NCBI GenBank assembly: GCA_017503375.1
Contig: JAFVTF010000074.1
Location: 4,347-68,346, forward strand
Origin: Lentisphaeria bacterium
GTDB lineage: Bacteria; Verrucomicrobiota; Lentisphaeria; Victivallales; UBA1829
DNA: 64,000 nucleotides
Direction: 5' to 3'
Part shown: in pieces, positions 1 to 9,291 of the stretch
Numbering within the stretch: position 1 is the first letter of the stretch
How the letters are laid out: every line of letters begins with the position of its first letter
Translations under genes and position numbers: made by a program
Notes under the pieces: generated by a model
Seen by the model: only the letters and a program-made list of their open reading frames with translations
What the model was told of the DNA's origin: nothing
Database searches by the model: none

Positions 1-2
1 AT

Positions 3-662
3 GCCTTTAGAATACATCACACCAAGTTTCCGCCATGCTTCGTGAACTTTCTGCTCAGCAGCTGCTTCCAGATAAAAATATGCCTTTTCAGAATTTTTCC
101 TGTCCAGATAATAAACACCAAGCAGGAGCTGGGCAAATTTCATTCCTTTCGGTTCTTCTGCTTTTTCATCAGGCGATGCAGCTTTTTTCAGAAAATTGAT
201 AGATTCGTGATCCTCATTCGGATTTGGTTCCGAAACAAGCATAAGTCTGCCTGCATGAAAGCATGCTTGCTGATATCCTGTCCGGACAGCGATATCTTTG
301 AAAAGTTTGATTGCCTGCGGAATATCCTGTTTGAATCCATATCCCTCAGAAAGGGCTGCCGCATATATATAACGGGAATCCAAATTACCGAGTTCAGAGG
401 CCTTTTTATGATATGAGATTCCCTTGTTGAGATCGTTTTTCTGCTGAAGGTAAATACGTCCAAGATAATGATAGGCATCTGCAACATTTTTTTTTGAAAG
501 AGATTGAAAAACTTTTTCCGCATCTTCTGTTTTATTCTCTTTCAGCAAGAGAATTCCGCGTTCCAGTTCTTTATTTACGGTGTTATCAATACCTGATACA
601 CTGCCTGTAAAAATAAGACAGCAGAGGAGTGCCCGCCATTTCTTCTGATTTTTTTGTACCAT
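3..662 (-). CDS. Sel1-like repeat (SLR/TPR) protein with N-terminal signal peptide; 3' end runs off the window
   Basis: Hand translation of the minus strand from ATG 662 is open to the window edge: MVQKNQKKWRALLCCLIFTGSVSG...ADAYHYLGRIY...KKASELGNLDS...EGYGFKQDIPQAIKLF...AQLLLGVYY...AAEQKVHEAWRKLGVMYSKG. Not in the ORF track because it has no stop inside the window. Confidence 0.8.
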   Translation of the reverse strand, partial: MVQKNQKKWRALLCCLIFTGSVSGIDNTVNKELERGILLLKENKTEDAEKVFQSLSKKNVADAYHYLGRIYLQQKNDLNKGISYHKKASELGNLDSRYIYAAALSEGYGFKQDIPQAIKLFKDIAVRTGYQQACFHAGRLMLVSEPNPNEDHESINFLKKAASPDEKAEEPKGMKFAQLLLGVYYLDRKNSEKAYFYLEAAAEQKVHEAWRKLGVMYSKG

Positions 663-742
663 TCTTTTTCTCCTGAAAGGTTAGTGTTTCTTTTTGTATT
701 ATACGCGCTCTTTACAGAAAAATATCACATTACCTGCAGAAT

Positions 743-1717
743 TTATGCTTTTGTACAAATCAGAATCAGACCGCCAATGCAAACCGCCAATGCCGCCAGC
801 TGAATTGCACGGACTTTCTCTTTCAGGATCCAGATACTGGAAAGGGTGAAACTGATAATGCAGGAACCTACCATCATGGGATAGCACATTCCACCCAGAC
901 CTTTCCCTGCCATGACATCCATCCCCGGATACAGGAGCGTGTAAGCAAATACAAGCCCGAACAGCTGAAGAATTGCGATATATTTCCACAATGTCAGATT
1001 TCTCACATTCTTTTTGATCTGTTCCCAGCGTTCCTGTGTCATCTGAACCGCATTCCAGACAATTGCCATAAACAGCGTTCCACCCGCTGCACTGAGCGAC
1101 CGTACAATGCTGGGAACACCGCGGGAAACTTCAAAATAGGAAGGCATTGTGGCAAGGTTCTGCTGAATCGCTGCTATTGCCATGCAGGTAAATGCAAGAA
1201 TCTTCCATTTTGCTCCTGTTGTTTTTTTGCTGTTATCTTTTGTAAAGGCAAAGAGAATCAATGCACCCAGAAGAAGGGCAATCCCGATTCCACGCAGAAC
1301 CGTAAACTCAACATTGAAAAATACGATTCCCCCCATAAACGGAAAAACAAGTGCAGATTGAATAATGGACCAGATCACACCGTTCGGCCCAAGCTGCATC
1401 GCTTTCGACATCAGCTGAAGCATGACAAAGTTCATTGCGGAACCGATAAAATAGGTAAGGCAGATCAAAAATGTGGCTTTGAGCGGTGCCGTAGAATATG
1501 CTGACGTCACAAGCATGATCATCAGACTGAACAAAACTGAAAAAATTCCTCCGCCCATCTGAACAAGACTCGGTTCAATTCCACGCTTGGGCGCATCTCC
1601 CATCACCAGTCCAACCAGACACCAGGAACTGCCCACAATCACCATGGCTATGATTCCGAACGCAACGGAACTGAAAAACGGAATGGTACTCAGAAAACCG
1701 GAAATTTGCTGAAACAT
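743..1717 (-). CDS. DMT/EamA-superfamily multi-pass membrane transporter (paralog 2)
   Basis: 324 aa, about 10 hydrophobic segments in two halves; ends ILKEKV...LAVCIGGLILI as in EamA repeats; RBS AAGGAG. Confidence 0.75.
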   Translation of the reverse strand: MFQQISGFLSTIPFFSSVAFGIIAMVIVGSSWCLVGLVMGDAPKRGIEPSLVQMGGGIFSVLFSLMIMLVTSAYSTAPLKATFLICLTYFIGSAMNFVMLQLMSKAMQLGPNGVIWSIIQSALVFPFMGGIVFFNVEFTVLRGIGIALLLGALILFAFTKDNSKKTTGAKWKILAFTCMAIAAIQQNLATMPSYFEVSRGVPSIVRSLSAAGGTLFMAIVWNAVQMTQERWEQIKKNVRNLTLWKYIAILQLFGLVFAYTLLYPGMDVMAGKGLGGMCYPMMVGSCIISFTLSSIWILKEKVRAIQLAALAVCIGGLILICTKA

Positions 1718-1729
1718 CTGATACTCCTT

Positions 1730-2695
1730 TTATTTTGTGCAGATGAATACAAGTCCGCTGATGCAAACAATCAGCGCACCCAATTGGTAAAAATTAAACT
1801 TTTCTTTCAAAAGAAAAATACTTGACAGAGAAAAACTTACGATGCAGGAACCCACCATCATCGGATAACTCATCCCGCCCATCCCGTGGTCAGCCATGAC
1901 ATTCATCCCAGGATAGTGCAGGGTGTAGGAGAAAAACAAATTGAAAAACTGAAGTGCAATCGTGTATTTCCAAAGCATCCCGTTTTTCAGATTGCTTTTG
2001 ATTTTCTGCCAATGCTCTTTATTCATCCGCATAAGATTCCAGATGATCGCGGAAATCATAAAGCCCATTTCAGTTGCAATCACCCGGACAATGCTTGGAA
2101 CTTTATCAGCCTCAGCAAAATATGACGGAAGAACGGAAAGATTCTGCTGGATCGCCGTGATCACCAATCCCGCAAATGCAAGAAGTTTCCACTTTCCTCC
2201 GCTGTTGGAGTTATCTTTCGTTAATGCAAATAAAACCAATGCTGCAAGCAGTAAAACAATTCCAAGTCCGCGGAGAATTGTAAACTTTACATCAAAAAAG
2301 ATCATGCCGACCATGAATGGAAAAACCATTGCAGACTGGATAATGGACCAGATCACCCCGTTCGGTCCGCATTGCATGGCTCTTGACATCAATTCCAGCA
2401 TCAGAAAGTTCAACGCCGCAGAGAACGCAAGAATCAAACAGACATACAGCGTGACTTTCCAGGATGCCGTGGAATAATCCGATGTGGCAAACATAATGAC
2501 AATACTGGATGTTGTGGCAATTACGGCTCCCCAGAGCTGTACCAGACTCGAATCAATCCCCTTTTTAGGAGCATCTCCCATCACCAGTCCAACCAGACAC
2601 CAGGAACTGCCGACAATCACCATGGCAATGATTCCGAACGCAACGGAACTGAAAAACGGAATCGAACTGAAAAAATCTACAATTTGATGAAACAT
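1730..2695 (-). CDS. DMT/EamA-superfamily multi-pass membrane transporter (paralog 1)
   Basis: 321 aa, colinear with 743..1717 and with the same hydrophobic pattern. Confidence 0.75.
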   Translation of the reverse strand: MFHQIVDFFSSIPFFSSVAFGIIAMVIVGSSWCLVGLVMGDAPKKGIDSSLVQLWGAVIATTSSIVIMFATSDYSTASWKVTLYVCLILAFSAALNFLMLELMSRAMQCGPNGVIWSIIQSAMVFPFMVGMIFFDVKFTILRGLGIVLLLAALVLFALTKDNSNSGGKWKLLAFAGLVITAIQQNLSVLPSYFAEADKVPSIVRVIATEMGFMISAIIWNLMRMNKEHWQKIKSNLKNGMLWKYTIALQFFNLFFSYTLHYPGMNVMADHGMGGMSYPMMVGSCIVSFSLSSIFLLKEKFNFYQLGALIVCISGLVFICTK

Positions 2696-2747
2696 ATTTC
2701 AGACTCTCTTTTCATAAAAGACAATATAAAGCTTTTGGAAAGTGTAT

Positions 2748-3206
2748 TCAAGCTTCATAACCTTTTTTACCCGGTTTTAATGAGAAAGGAACACTATTCT
2801 TTTTCCGGAATGATTTGTGGGTAAACCAGTTTTCGTGACGTTTCACCTTTTCCGGAAAGAAACGCCCCATCACAACTTCCACAAAATCACAGCGGATCGG
2901 AAAATCTTCCGCATTATATTTTCTCCGGAATTCTGATACCGCATCAAGCAAACGGTCTTTTTGTGCCTGATGCAGCTGTAATTCCGGTTTGACTTCCACA
3001 TCTGTTCTAGCCCGTAAGGTTTTGACTTCCACAATCACAAAATATCTTCCGTCACGGGCAACGATATCGATCTGTGCAGCATCCAGTCTCAAATCCCGGA
3101 AATAGATTTCCATTCCTTCAGATTTGAGAAAACGGGCTGCGATTTTCTCTCCGGTCTCTCCCAGCCGGAGATGCTGTGCTTTACGCTTTTTGAGAATACC
3201 TGGCAT
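2748..3206 (-). CDS. yraN: YraN/UPF0102 family PD-(D/E)xK nuclease-like protein
   Basis: LGETGEKIAARFL...IDIVARDG...VIVEVKT...IRCDFVEV signature; start placed at ATG 3206. Confidence 0.85.
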   Translation of the reverse strand: MPGILKKRKAQHLRLGETGEKIAARFLKSEGMEIYFRDLRLDAAQIDIVARDGRYFVIVEVKTLRARTDVEVKPELQLHQAQKDRLLDAVSEFRRKYNAEDFPIRCDFVEVVMGRFFPEKVKRHENWFTHKSFRKKNSVPFSLKPGKKGYEA

Positions 3207-3534
3207 AAAATCCCCAGAGTGTCCGGTCATCGACTTTGAATGTTCCGATCAGTGTTAAGCCGTGCATGTGACGGACCTGCAATTCAGCGGCAATCCCTTC
3301 AAAACTTGCATCCGGAAGCGGCGCAAAACGGTATCCCGTTGGAACTTCCACATCCTTTCCCACCGTTTCCATCGGTAAAACAATTGTGCCGTCCCCGCTG
3401 TCGCAAACCCCTGTGATCCGCCGGACAATGCCATTCCGGAAGCAGGCTTTTGCAAGCATCTCAGACTCAGTATCAGGATCGAAGAGAATATCTTCCACTT
3501 CGATCCTGACAATTTTCAACGGATGAGTCTTCAT
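3181..3534 (-). CDS. hypothetical protein (117 aa)
   Basis: Fills the gap in the operon; its start overlaps the stop of the upstream gene by 4 nt; no recognised motif. Confidence 0.6.
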   Translation of the reverse strand: MKTHPLKIVRIEVEDILFDPDTESEMLAKACFRNGIVRRITGVCDSGDGTIVLPMETVGKDVEVPTGYRFAPLPDASFEGIAAELQVRHMHGLTLIGTFKVDDRTLWGFYARYSQKA

Positions 3535-4907
3535 CTTCCGTATGCCGTGGGAACCTTGTTCCTGAAGAAGTTTGCAGCATCTTCATCATCAAAGACATCT
3601 CTGGGGGAGAGTTCAACAACTGCACCTTCCGGAACTTGGATTCCGGCAAGACGCAATCTTCTTGCATCACGGGCAGCGAGCATTTCCCGACAGGATTCCA
3701 CTGAGTCAACTCCCGTTTTATTCTTTGTCGGCGCAAAACATTCCTTCCGGTCTGCTTCAAGGATCATCGTCCGCGAAGCAAACGGCAATGCATCAAAAAT
3801 AAATGCTTCCAGTTTTACTGCATTGGGTTCTTCCGGTGTAACGACAATGCCGTTTTCAAAGTATGCCACTTTTTTATCAGCACGATGCCAGGGCAGTTCC
3901 AATCTTCCCGCTGCAGTCAGCCGTTCTATAAAATCAAGGGAAATTACATGAATCGCCGGACTTCCTGCAAGGAAGGATAATGTTCCATCCGGATTTGTCC
4001 GTTCCGCAAGTTCTTTCGGCATATCGCTGTATTCAATGATTTGAAGTTTGCCGCCGGTAATGCAGAAATTTCCCAGCTTTTCAAATGCGTTGGTTTTTGC
4101 CAGCATGATACTGCTCATTTCTGATTTTTCCAATGCATGCAATCCGATAAAGAACGGATTCACAACCGGAACAAGCGGATTATCCACCTGAAAATAGGAG
4201 ATATATTCCACTCCGGCTTTTTTCATGGTATCCAGCAAACCGGATTTCCGGAGAGCAAGCAAGGTTCCTCCATGACCATCCGGTGCAAGAGCAAGTGAAC
4301 CGGATTCCGCAGGAAAACATTTTCCGTCGTAGCGGATCGCAGGCATTGTTCCCTGGGTGAAAAAGTGAACACTCTCTTCCGGCAATCCGAAAAATTCATT
4401 CTTCTTGAAAAATGCACGTGTATCCGCATCATTCAATTCACTGGTCATAATGAGCCAGGGAATCTGATATCCGTATTTTTCCGAAACTCTTGCAAGACTT
4501 TCGGCGAAATACTGGAACAGAGTTTTCTTTCTGACCGGGGTGATGGGGAATGTTCCTTTCGGGGCATTGTATCCCAAACGGGTTCCCTGTCCGCCGGCAA
4601 CGGTCAATGCCGCAACTTTACCGGAGGAAATAAGTGCCTTCCCGGTTTCTTTTGCTTTCGCATAAAGCTCTTTCTGTTCATCTGTCCGGGGAACAAGGGG
4701 GAAAAACGGGGCAGGGGAAAGGTCAGCAGGAATTTCTGTGACAGGTTTCTGAAGAACATATTCTTTTGTCAGCTCAGAAATATAATCCCAGTCAACAGCT
4801 TGCAGCTGTTTCTTGAAATGTTCCAGTTTCTCTCCGGAAAGAGATTTCAAATGTTCCAACAGAATAGTCTGCTGATTCCGTTCCAATATTGTTTCAAGTG
4901 CTTCCAT
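3531..4907 (-). CDS. UDP-N-acetylglucosamine/UDP-sugar pyrophosphorylase, UAP1/UDPGP (PF01704) type
   Basis: VAGGQGTRLG, PKG, FTQG, APDGHGG, QVDNPL, IIEYSD, KLEAFIFD and FAPTKN motifs. Confidence 0.88.
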   Translation of the reverse strand: MEALETILERNQQTILLEHLKSLSGEKLEHFKKQLQAVDWDYISELTKEYVLQKPVTEIPADLSPAPFFPLVPRTDEQKELYAKAKETGKALISSGKVAALTVAGGQGTRLGYNAPKGTFPITPVRKKTLFQYFAESLARVSEKYGYQIPWLIMTSELNDADTRAFFKKNEFFGLPEESVHFFTQGTMPAIRYDGKCFPAESGSLALAPDGHGGTLLALRKSGLLDTMKKAGVEYISYFQVDNPLVPVVNPFFIGLHALEKSEMSSIMLAKTNAFEKLGNFCITGGKLQIIEYSDMPKELAERTNPDGTLSFLAGSPAIHVISLDFIERLTAAGRLELPWHRADKKVAYFENGIVVTPEEPNAVKLEAFIFDALPFASRTMILEADRKECFAPTKNKTGVDSVESCREMLAARDARRLRLAGIQVPEGAVVELSPRDVFDDEDAANFFRNKVPTAYGR

Positions 4908-4918
4908 GCCGGAACTCC

Positions 4919-5359
4919 TTATTTTTTTCCAGTACTTCCAAAACCTCCGGCACCGCGCTGGGTGTCGGAAAGTTTGTCAACAAGTGTCATTTTTACATCG
5001 GGCAGGGCGGCGATAACCATCTGGGAAATCCGGTCCCCGCGATGAATTTCAAAGGCTGTATTCCCTGCGTTGAAAAGAATGGAACCGACTTCGCCGCGGT
5101 ATCCGGCGTCCACTGTTCCGGGGCTGTTGAGGACGGTGATATAGTGTTTGGCCGCCAATCCGCTGCGGGGTCTGACCTGTGCTTCATACCCCACCGGGAG
5201 TTCCAGAAAAAGTCCGGTCGGAACAATTGCTGCTTTTCCGGGTTCAAGAATCAGATCGACTCTGGAACGGAGATCAAATGCCGCATCGTCCGGATGAGCC
5301 TTCGCCGGAATTAAATCTTCACATCCTTCAGCCATTGTAAATTTTACTTCAATTGTCAT
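4919..5359 (-). CDS. dut: dUTP diphosphatase
   Basis: AAFDL, RPRSGLA, GTVDAGYRG, DRISQ, RGAGGFGSTG (all five dUTPase motifs). Confidence 0.97.
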   Translation of the reverse strand: MTIEVKFTMAEGCEDLIPAKAHPDDAAFDLRSRVDLILEPGKAAIVPTGLFLELPVGYEAQVRPRSGLAAKHYITVLNSPGTVDAGYRGEVGSILFNAGNTAFEIHRGDRISQMVIAALPDVKMTLVDKLSDTQRGAGGFGSTGKK

Positions 5360-5361
5360 AA

Positions 5362-6564
5362 TTAATCCTTTGTGTTTTCTGTCATTTTCGGCTCAAACAA
5401 CAGGAACGTTTCCAGTCCGGCTGTTCCGGGGAACATGTCGACCGGACGGATCTGTTTGAGCTGATAACCATATTTCTTCCACTCTGCAACTTCCCGGGGA
5501 ATTTCATCTGTTCCGCAAACAATATGCAGAACCCGTTCCGGTGTCCGTTTCGCCAATTCTCTGATCACGCCTCCTGCGGTTCCCATCCGCGGAGGGTCAA
5601 GAACGATCAGTTCATTCCGTTCAATATCTCTGGCAGGAAGTTTGTTCCGGAGCAGGGCAGGTGATATTTCCCCTTTGACAAAACGCATATTTTTCTGCTT
5701 GAAAAGGAATGATGCGTTGGCTGATGCCGCTTTGACTGCCGGCCCATCAATTTCAACACCGATCACACTCTTGACCGCATCAGCCATGGAAAGACCGAGC
5801 AATCCATATCCGCAATACAAATCAAGCAGAATATCATTTTTTTCCGGTTTCAGCATTTCCCGTGCAATCCGGGCAAACATCGGCAGCATAGCCTCATTCA
5901 CCTGCGAAAAAACAACCGGCGGATACATGAGTTTCAAATTGTCCAGTTTTACAGACAGATTTTCCGGCCCGAACATCTTTTTGATTCCCATTCGCCCTTC
6001 CGGACGTTTGGATTCCAGATAATATTTTGAATCCGATTCGTCCAGATAAAGGAAAAATGCTCCGGTCTTCGGGGATTCTTTTTTGAGAACATTTGCAAAA
6101 TTTTTCGCAGCATGAATCACTTTTGAATCAAATCTGTCAACATTCAGAACCAATGCCTGATATGCTCCTGCTCCACGGATAATACAGAAATTGACATGTC
6201 CGGCAAGAACGTGATACGGTTTTGCCGCAAATGTTCTGCTGATCAAATCATAAAGTTCTTTATGGGAATCCGGTTCCAATGCAGAAACTCCTGCAAGGGT
6301 GGAATCCATATTCATCAGTTTGAATTTTCCCCGGTTGAACTCCGCTTTCCGTTTGGAATTTGCACGGTATTTCCGCGGCAGAATTGCAGGGACAGGGGAG
6401 GTCGGTTTCACTTCTTTCATCAGATTGCTCCGGCAAAACATCTCAAAAGCCCTGCGTTTCAAGTCCAGCTCTTCCGTATAATTCATCCCCGCCAGCGGTT
6501 CGGCATTCTTCGGAAGATCAGCTCCGGCACAGACGGAAAGCGCATCAAAAAAAGATAATTGCAT
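5362..6564 (-). CDS. RlmD/TrmA-family RNA (uracil-C5) methyltransferase
   Basis: FSQVN, LLDLYCGYG, GVE, LDPPRMG, catalytic Cys in HIVCG, DMFPGT. Confidence 0.85.
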   Translation of the reverse strand: MQLSFFDALSVCAGADLPKNAEPLAGMNYTEELDLKRRAFEMFCRSNLMKEVKPTSPVPAILPRKYRANSKRKAEFNRGKFKLMNMDSTLAGVSALEPDSHKELYDLISRTFAAKPYHVLAGHVNFCIIRGAGAYQALVLNVDRFDSKVIHAAKNFANVLKKESPKTGAFFLYLDESDSKYYLESKRPEGRMGIKKMFGPENLSVKLDNLKLMYPPVVFSQVNEAMLPMFARIAREMLKPEKNDILLDLYCGYGLLGLSMADAVKSVIGVEIDGPAVKAASANASFLFKQKNMRFVKGEISPALLRNKLPARDIERNELIVLDPPRMGTAGGVIRELAKRTPERVLHIVCGTDEIPREVAEWKKYGYQLKQIRPVDMFPGTAGLETFLLFEPKMTENTKD

Positions 6565-6587
6565 TGTGAACTGTTCTTCCGTATTGA

Positions 6588-7391
6588 TTATTTCAGACCG
6601 AGTACATCGCGCATATCATAGAACCCGGGTTTTGCTGTTTCCAGAAATGCAACAGCCCGGACAGCTCCCTTTGCAAATGTGTTGCGGCTGGAGGCTTTGT
6701 GTGTCAATTCAAAACGTTCCCCGATTCCGCAGAACATCAGGGTGTGATCTCCGACAATATCGCCGCCGCGAACTGCATGCATACCGATTTCATGATCTGT
6801 TCTGGCTCCGGTGATTCCTTCTCTGCCGTGACGGATCACTTCGTCATACTTCCAGCCTTTTGCATTGCATACTGTTTGGGCAAGAGTGACAGCCGTACCG
6901 CTGGGCGCATCTTTCTTCTGATTGTGATGTCCTTCCACGATTTCAATATCGAAACCATCAAGAACTTTTGCTGCAATTTCGGAAAGATAGAACAGCAGGT
7001 TTACGCCGATACTGTAATTTGATGCAAGAATGATTCTGGCTCCGTTATCTGCCAGGTTATGGATTTTCTGAACAGCTTCAGCTGGCAGGGCAGTCGTTCC
7101 AATCACAATAGCACAGTTCTTTGCCGCCGCAGCAGAGGCTATGGCAACAGTATCTCCGCCAACGGAAAAGTCAATAATTGCATCCGCATCCTTCAATGCT
7201 TCTTCCAGGGAGGCTGTAATCAACACTCCGCATGCAGGATGTCCGGCAACTTCGGCAGCATCTTTTCCGATAAAGGGACATGCAGGATGTTCCAGCGCAC
7301 CCGCCAGAGTCATGCCGGGATGTTCCAGAACATTGGATACAAGAAGTCTGCCCATTCTTCCGGCAGCACCGATAATTGCTACTTTAGCCAT
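6588..7391 (-). CDS. dapB: 4-hydroxy-tetrahydrodipicolinate reductase
   Basis: GAAGRMG, IDFS, VIGTT, EGHHNQKKDAPSGTA, RGGDIVGDH. Confidence 0.97.
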   Translation of the reverse strand: MAKVAIIGAAGRMGRLLVSNVLEHPGMTLAGALEHPACPFIGKDAAEVAGHPACGVLITASLEEALKDADAIIDFSVGGDTVAIASAAAAKNCAIVIGTTALPAEAVQKIHNLADNGARIILASNYSIGVNLLFYLSEIAAKVLDGFDIEIVEGHHNQKKDAPSGTAVTLAQTVCNAKGWKYDEVIRHGREGITGARTDHEIGMHAVRGGDIVGDHTLMFCGIGERFELTHKASSRNTFAKGAVRAVAFLETAKPGFYDMRDVLGLK

Positions 7392-7638
7392 AATAACGTT
7401 CCTTTCAATATTGTAGTTCGAGAATTTCCGTCAGAATATCCACTCTCTTTGATATGCACTTATCGTTACATCTGGTAATGTACCATTCTATTCCTGTTTT
7501 GTCAAGGCGGAAACAGCGGAAATCTCAAGTAGTTTTCTGTCAAATCCGGCATAGAGAGATTTTTTTTAGCAGAGGCTTTTCCGTTAAAAACAGCTGATAA
7601 AAACAGTATATTCATACTTTTTTTGAAAAAATACTGAC

Positions 7639-7666
7639 TTGAAAAAATCTTTTTCGAGTGTATTGT
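7639..7666 (+). promoter_or_regulatory. putative sigma-70 promoter of the ECF sigma/anti-sigma pair
   Basis: TTGAAA-N16-TATTGT. Confidence 0.45.
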
Positions 7667-7764
7667 GTAAGCTAAATCCCCAACGTTATCTTGGGAAAGC
7701 AAGTATCCGGCAGCTTTTCTATAGAAATTACCGGAAAAAACTTTTTCATAAAAGGTTGTGTTTT

Positions 7765-8400
7765 ATGCAGACAGAAGAAGAAAAGAAACTACAGATGCAG
7801 GAAACAGCAGAACTGATTGCAGCATTCAAAGATGGAAAACTGGAAAGCTTCGATAAGCTGGTTATCATGTATTCTCCCCAATTGTACCGTACAGCTTATG
7901 GTCTGCTGGGGTCAAAGCAGGATGCCGAAGAAGTCGTACAGGATGCTTTTGTCCGTGCGTTTCGCGCATTGAATAATTTCAGAGGGGATTCAAGTTTTGA
8001 AACATGGATGCACAGAATTACTGTCAATCTGGCAAGAAACAAGTTTCATTGGAACCGCCGCAGAGGCGAAGGACAGATGACCAGCATCTCCCATGTGTCC
8101 GATGATGAACGCGAACAGCGCGATCTTTTGTTTCCCGATGATCGGCTGCGTCCGGATTTTTCTTTGGAAAATTCAGAAATTGAACACGAAATTATGGATG
8201 GTCTATCCCGTTTGCCGGAATCTCTCCGTGAAACAATGGTGCTCCGTCATCTTTCTGATCTTCCATACGAAAAGATAGCGGAACAGCTCTCCTGCAAGGT
8301 GGGGACTGTCAAATCAAGGCTTGCAAGAGGCAGGGAACTGCTCAGAGAATATTTAGTCTCAAAAGAAATACCGGAAAATCAAACAAAAAGGAGTATCTGA
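7765..8400 (+). CDS. ECF (sigma-24 type) RNA polymerase sigma factor
   Basis: DAEEVVQDAF...FRGDSSFETWMHRITVN (region 2); LPYEKIAEQLSCKVGTVKSRLARGR (region 4); start placed at ATG 7765. Confidence 0.93.
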   Translation: MQTEEEKKLQMQETAELIAAFKDGKLESFDKLVIMYSPQLYRTAYGLLGSKQDAEEVVQDAFVRAFRALNNFRGDSSFETWMHRITVNLARNKFHWNRRRGEGQMTSISHVSDDEREQRDLLFPDDRLRPDFSLENSEIEHEIMDGLSRLPESLRETMVLRHLSDLPYEKIAEQLSCKVGTVKSRLARGRELLREYLVSKEIPENQTKRSI

Positions 8401-8402
8401 AA

Positions 8403-9143
8403 ATGAAAAATAATCCCCTGTTTCATAACTGTCCTTCAGAAGAACAGCTTTCTGAATATTTCGACAGGGAAAGCTCCCTTCAGAGTGAAATTGAACAGCA
8501 TGTGAAAGATTGTCTCCTTTGCCGTGCATATCTCGACTCTCTTGAAAAATTAGATCAATCAATGAAAAATGCTGTTAACAGAAGTTGCGGAACTGATAAA
8601 GAAATTGCAGCAAAAATTTCAACAAGAGTCAAGACTTCATTGAAAGAAAACAATATAAAAAGAACTGGTATATTTTTCTTATCTCCTGTTGTTTGGCGGG
8701 CTGGTGTTTTGCTTGTAATCGGTTGCGGCATTGGTTTTCTGCTCTGGAAAGAATCCTCTCAGACAAAAGAAAATCAACTTTCTCAGAATAATAAAATTCA
8801 AAAATCAGCCTATGTCTCCGCTGCATTTGTTCCTTCGGGCAATGTTTCAAAGAAAAATTCACAGGGAGATGATATAAAAAATGCAGAAATAAAGCACCAT
8901 TGGAAAGCCTCAAAAAATATTGGTGCTTGTCTGCCAAATATTTTGAAGCAATGCGGAATTCCTGAAAAATCTTTAAGAAAAACAAACGCCGGATGGATTC
9001 TTGCGTGTAAACTTAATATGAAAGATTTGAACAGATTTAAAACGTTTTGTCTTGATACCGGCTGTCAGTTGATTTATTCTGATAGTTCCAATATTAATGA
9101 TTCTGATAAAACGTTCGATTATGAAGCTGTCTTTGTTGAGTAA
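8403..9143 (+). CDS. zinc-binding anti-sigma factor (ZAS) with one TM helix
   Basis: LSEYFD...HVKDCLLC (HxxxCxxC), one hydrophobic segment; starts 2 bp after the ECF gene. Confidence 0.8.
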   Translation: MKNNPLFHNCPSEEQLSEYFDRESSLQSEIEQHVKDCLLCRAYLDSLEKLDQSMKNAVNRSCGTDKEIAAKISTRVKTSLKENNIKRTGIFFLSPVVWRAGVLLVIGCGIGFLLWKESSQTKENQLSQNNKIQKSAYVSAAFVPSGNVSKKNSQGDDIKNAEIKHHWKASKNIGACLPNILKQCGIPEKSLRKTNAGWILACKLNMKDLNRFKTFCLDTGCQLIYSDSSNINDSDKTFDYEAVFVE

Positions 9144-9163
9144 CTTTTACTGAAGATTTTTAT

Positions 9164-9193
9164 TAAGTATCAATAAGTATCGTCTAGTATCGT
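9164..9193. repeat. three 10-bp tandem repeats
   Basis: TAAGTATCAA / TAAGTATCGT / CTAGTATCGT between convergent genes. Confidence 0.6.
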
Positions 9194-9291
9194 TTTTTTA
9201 TGGAATTATTCTGCATTTCTCTTCGCCAGCCATCTTTCTTTATAGGGCGTTTTGATGAGCTTTACAAATTATTGCCGGAGTCTTTTTTGTG

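Noticed and set aside
42-523. ORF-track entries 42..416 (+) and 188..523 (-)
   Set aside because: Both are shadows of the Sel1-repeat frame that starts at 662 and runs off the window.
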